The notes under the pieces are model-generated. The model was not told the DNA's origin, made no database searches, and worked only from the letters and a program-made list of their open reading frames with translations. Of a stretch of DNA of 64,000 nucleotides, positions 61,886 to 64,000 are shown piece by piece. Numbering within the stretch: the stretch's first letter is position 1; every line of letters begins with the position of its first letter. Both the position numbers and the translations under genes were made by a program. The stretch is from Lytechinus pictus (lineage: Eukaryota), in NCBI RefSeq assembly GCF_037042905.1, contig NW_026974140.1:9610001-9674000 (forward strand), given 5' to 3'.

Positions 61886-64000
61886 TTTAGTGATTTTATC
61901 AAATCTCATTTTTAACACATGATCCTATGGAGAAATATTTACTGGTGTGTTGCCTTCTGCTCAAGTGCATCCTCTTACATTAAAGTGGTTTACGCCCTCT
62001 ATTTCATGCTTGGATTTTTTTAACAGAATACAAACACCGTCCACCGTAGAACCATACACATTTGCTGTCGGGTCATTATCAATCAGAGTGTTCGGATGTA
62101 TAACATTGTGTGCTATTTTGCCAATGCAGCACTATGTGATTTGAAGAAGCTACATCAACCAAGAAACAAACAGTACAAAGCTTATTAGGGTTAAACTTAC
62201 CTTCCCTTGATGATCTCTACCTAGACAGAGTCGCTTCTAAACTAAAACAGATAATGAAGGATCGACCCCACTCACCCACTCAACGATAATTTTACTTTAT
62301 TTCAACAATTCAGGCATTCGTCTCTGTACGATCGAGACAATCATTTGTCCCCAAAGCTATTCATCACTTTAACATGTTTAACGCTCAATTCCGAAGGTAT
62401 GTGTCTCGCCTGTAATTAGTACCCTACTCTTGTTTAATGGATTGTTTAATAATCACAATGGATAAATGTTGACTATTCATATTAGAGGTTCTCTTTTGGA
62501 AACAGACACACTACACAATGTAAATCCCTTAGTATCAACTACAATTACATTGCACATGCATACCAGCTTTCTATCCATTACTGATCTTTTGCCGATGATT
62601 ATTACAAAATATAATTGTTTTACAATATGAATAATTCTTAAACCAGACTTTCATCTTGACTTGTACAGTTGTAATTCAAATACTTGTGAAATGTAAATTT
62701 TGCGTGAATCATGTATACCCGAGTTGAAATAATTTCTTTATGTTGACATGTAATTGCCATTTTTTTTTGTTCTGTGTATATACTATGTAAATTGTATCTA
62801 AATGTGTGTAAACCAGTGAAAAAAAAAGAATTTCCTTTATGGACAATTAAATTAAATTAAATTAAATTAAATTCAAAGGCCCGTATATTTTGAAGTCAGT
62901 CATAATTCAAACTCTGGTCTCAGGCTGTGGTTTAACTATGGAAAGCCAAATTTGACATGAATGTTAAACAGTATATAAGTTCAATGTATCAGCTCATTTG
63001 ACTCTCAAGTTGTCTTTACCATTAAAGGGTTGGGAAAGAGTGCATTAAAAACAAGACACTTACGACAATGTAAACAAAATATTGACATTTCTGGCTTCCT
63101 ATTAATTTCAGAATATGGGTCATTTTTTTAATTGTTAATTATACATTTTGTAAACATGTTATTTCTTGTTTACATTTCACCTTTGATTTTACCGTAATTT
63201 TCAGTTGCGTTCTGTTTCATTCAGTTTCTGATATATTATTATTAAACATTTGCTTTTAATTGTCTGAAATAATAAATTAACATGAAGAAGGATAGGTGCC
63301 GAGAGATTGAAATAAATGTAAATCGCTTCCATTCTGCAATGCATGGGATTATTACAAAAAAATAAAAACTTGGTAAATTTAGACAATTGAAAACTTTCTT
63401 TTATCATGTTTGTCATCTTTTATTTATTCCTGTTATCATGATTGTAATTCCTCATCGAACTCTTTTCCATAGAAGTCGAATATTATAATATCTATAGATC
63501 CTTGCTGTTGTAAAACAAGTGGCAATGTAAAAGTTCATGTACTTAGTCATTTTACATTTCGAAAACTCGTAGGAAAGATAGTAGACATCAACTGCGCGCG
63601 CCACTTTTTTTTTTCTTATACTACTTCCGGTTGCGTCAGTCTATGTGCTGTTCTCTTCCTCACCACTTCAAAAGGATAATGATTGAAATAATGTTGTAAT
63701 TAATAGAAAATGCAGAGGTCTGACTTTTCCACTCGACAAGTGGGTGACATCCTATGCAGACATATATGTAGTTAACAACGGTTTAACCAACTGTACACAT
63801 AACATAAAACAAATACCGCAATGCACCGTTCATATTTCTGTGGTAATAGTATTAATGATTTAGTTCGAGAATACCTGCGAGTCGCAAATTTGCTCCCTTT
63901 CTGTGATCTAAATTCGAGCATTGATTTGATTTCCCTACAGCCTTGAAATCAGAAGCAATATATGAAACTGGGATAGTAGGCTTTGACGACCCTCATATCG

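Noticed and set aside
63877-64000. Coding exon at the window end (minus strand, CAG|GTATTC donor)
   Set aside because: All three minus frames contain stops; at most a non-coding exon, which cannot be supported from sequence alone

Overview
AT-rich, repeat-dense animal genomic DNA with spliceosomal genes. The repeat families and frequent TACATGTA suggest an invertebrate deuterostome, probably a sea urchin (inference). Three protein-coding genes are present. (1) The last two coding exons of the V-ATPase proteolipid c subunit (ATP6V0C, +, 2484-3472). (2) A complete 19-exon RBM26/RBM27 orthologue on the minus strand (ATG 46487 to stop 14174; 3300 nt, 1099 aa), with PWI, RS/RD, CCCH zinc finger, Pro-rich, RRM1, coiled coil, RGG, RRM2 and acidic tail regions; all GT-AG junctions were checked for phase. 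(3) An alpha-1,3-fucosyltransferase (GT10) whose CDS is a single exon (-, 54175-55431). The rest is tRNA-derived SINEs, many non-autonomous DNA transposons (Tc1/mariner-pogo, Harbinger, hAT, TTAA-type), LINE 3' ends and a 156-N gap. The most notable finding is two paralogous box H/ACA snoRNAs in RBM26/27 introns 8 and 12; their 3' pocket matches the 28S rRNA site equivalent to human U4263 (the SNORA2/ACA2 target). Also notable are an unexplained three-hairpin element next to one snoRNA copy, and four Penelope-type minimal hammerhead ribozyme motifs in inverted-repeat retroelement remnants at 58.8-61.9 kb.
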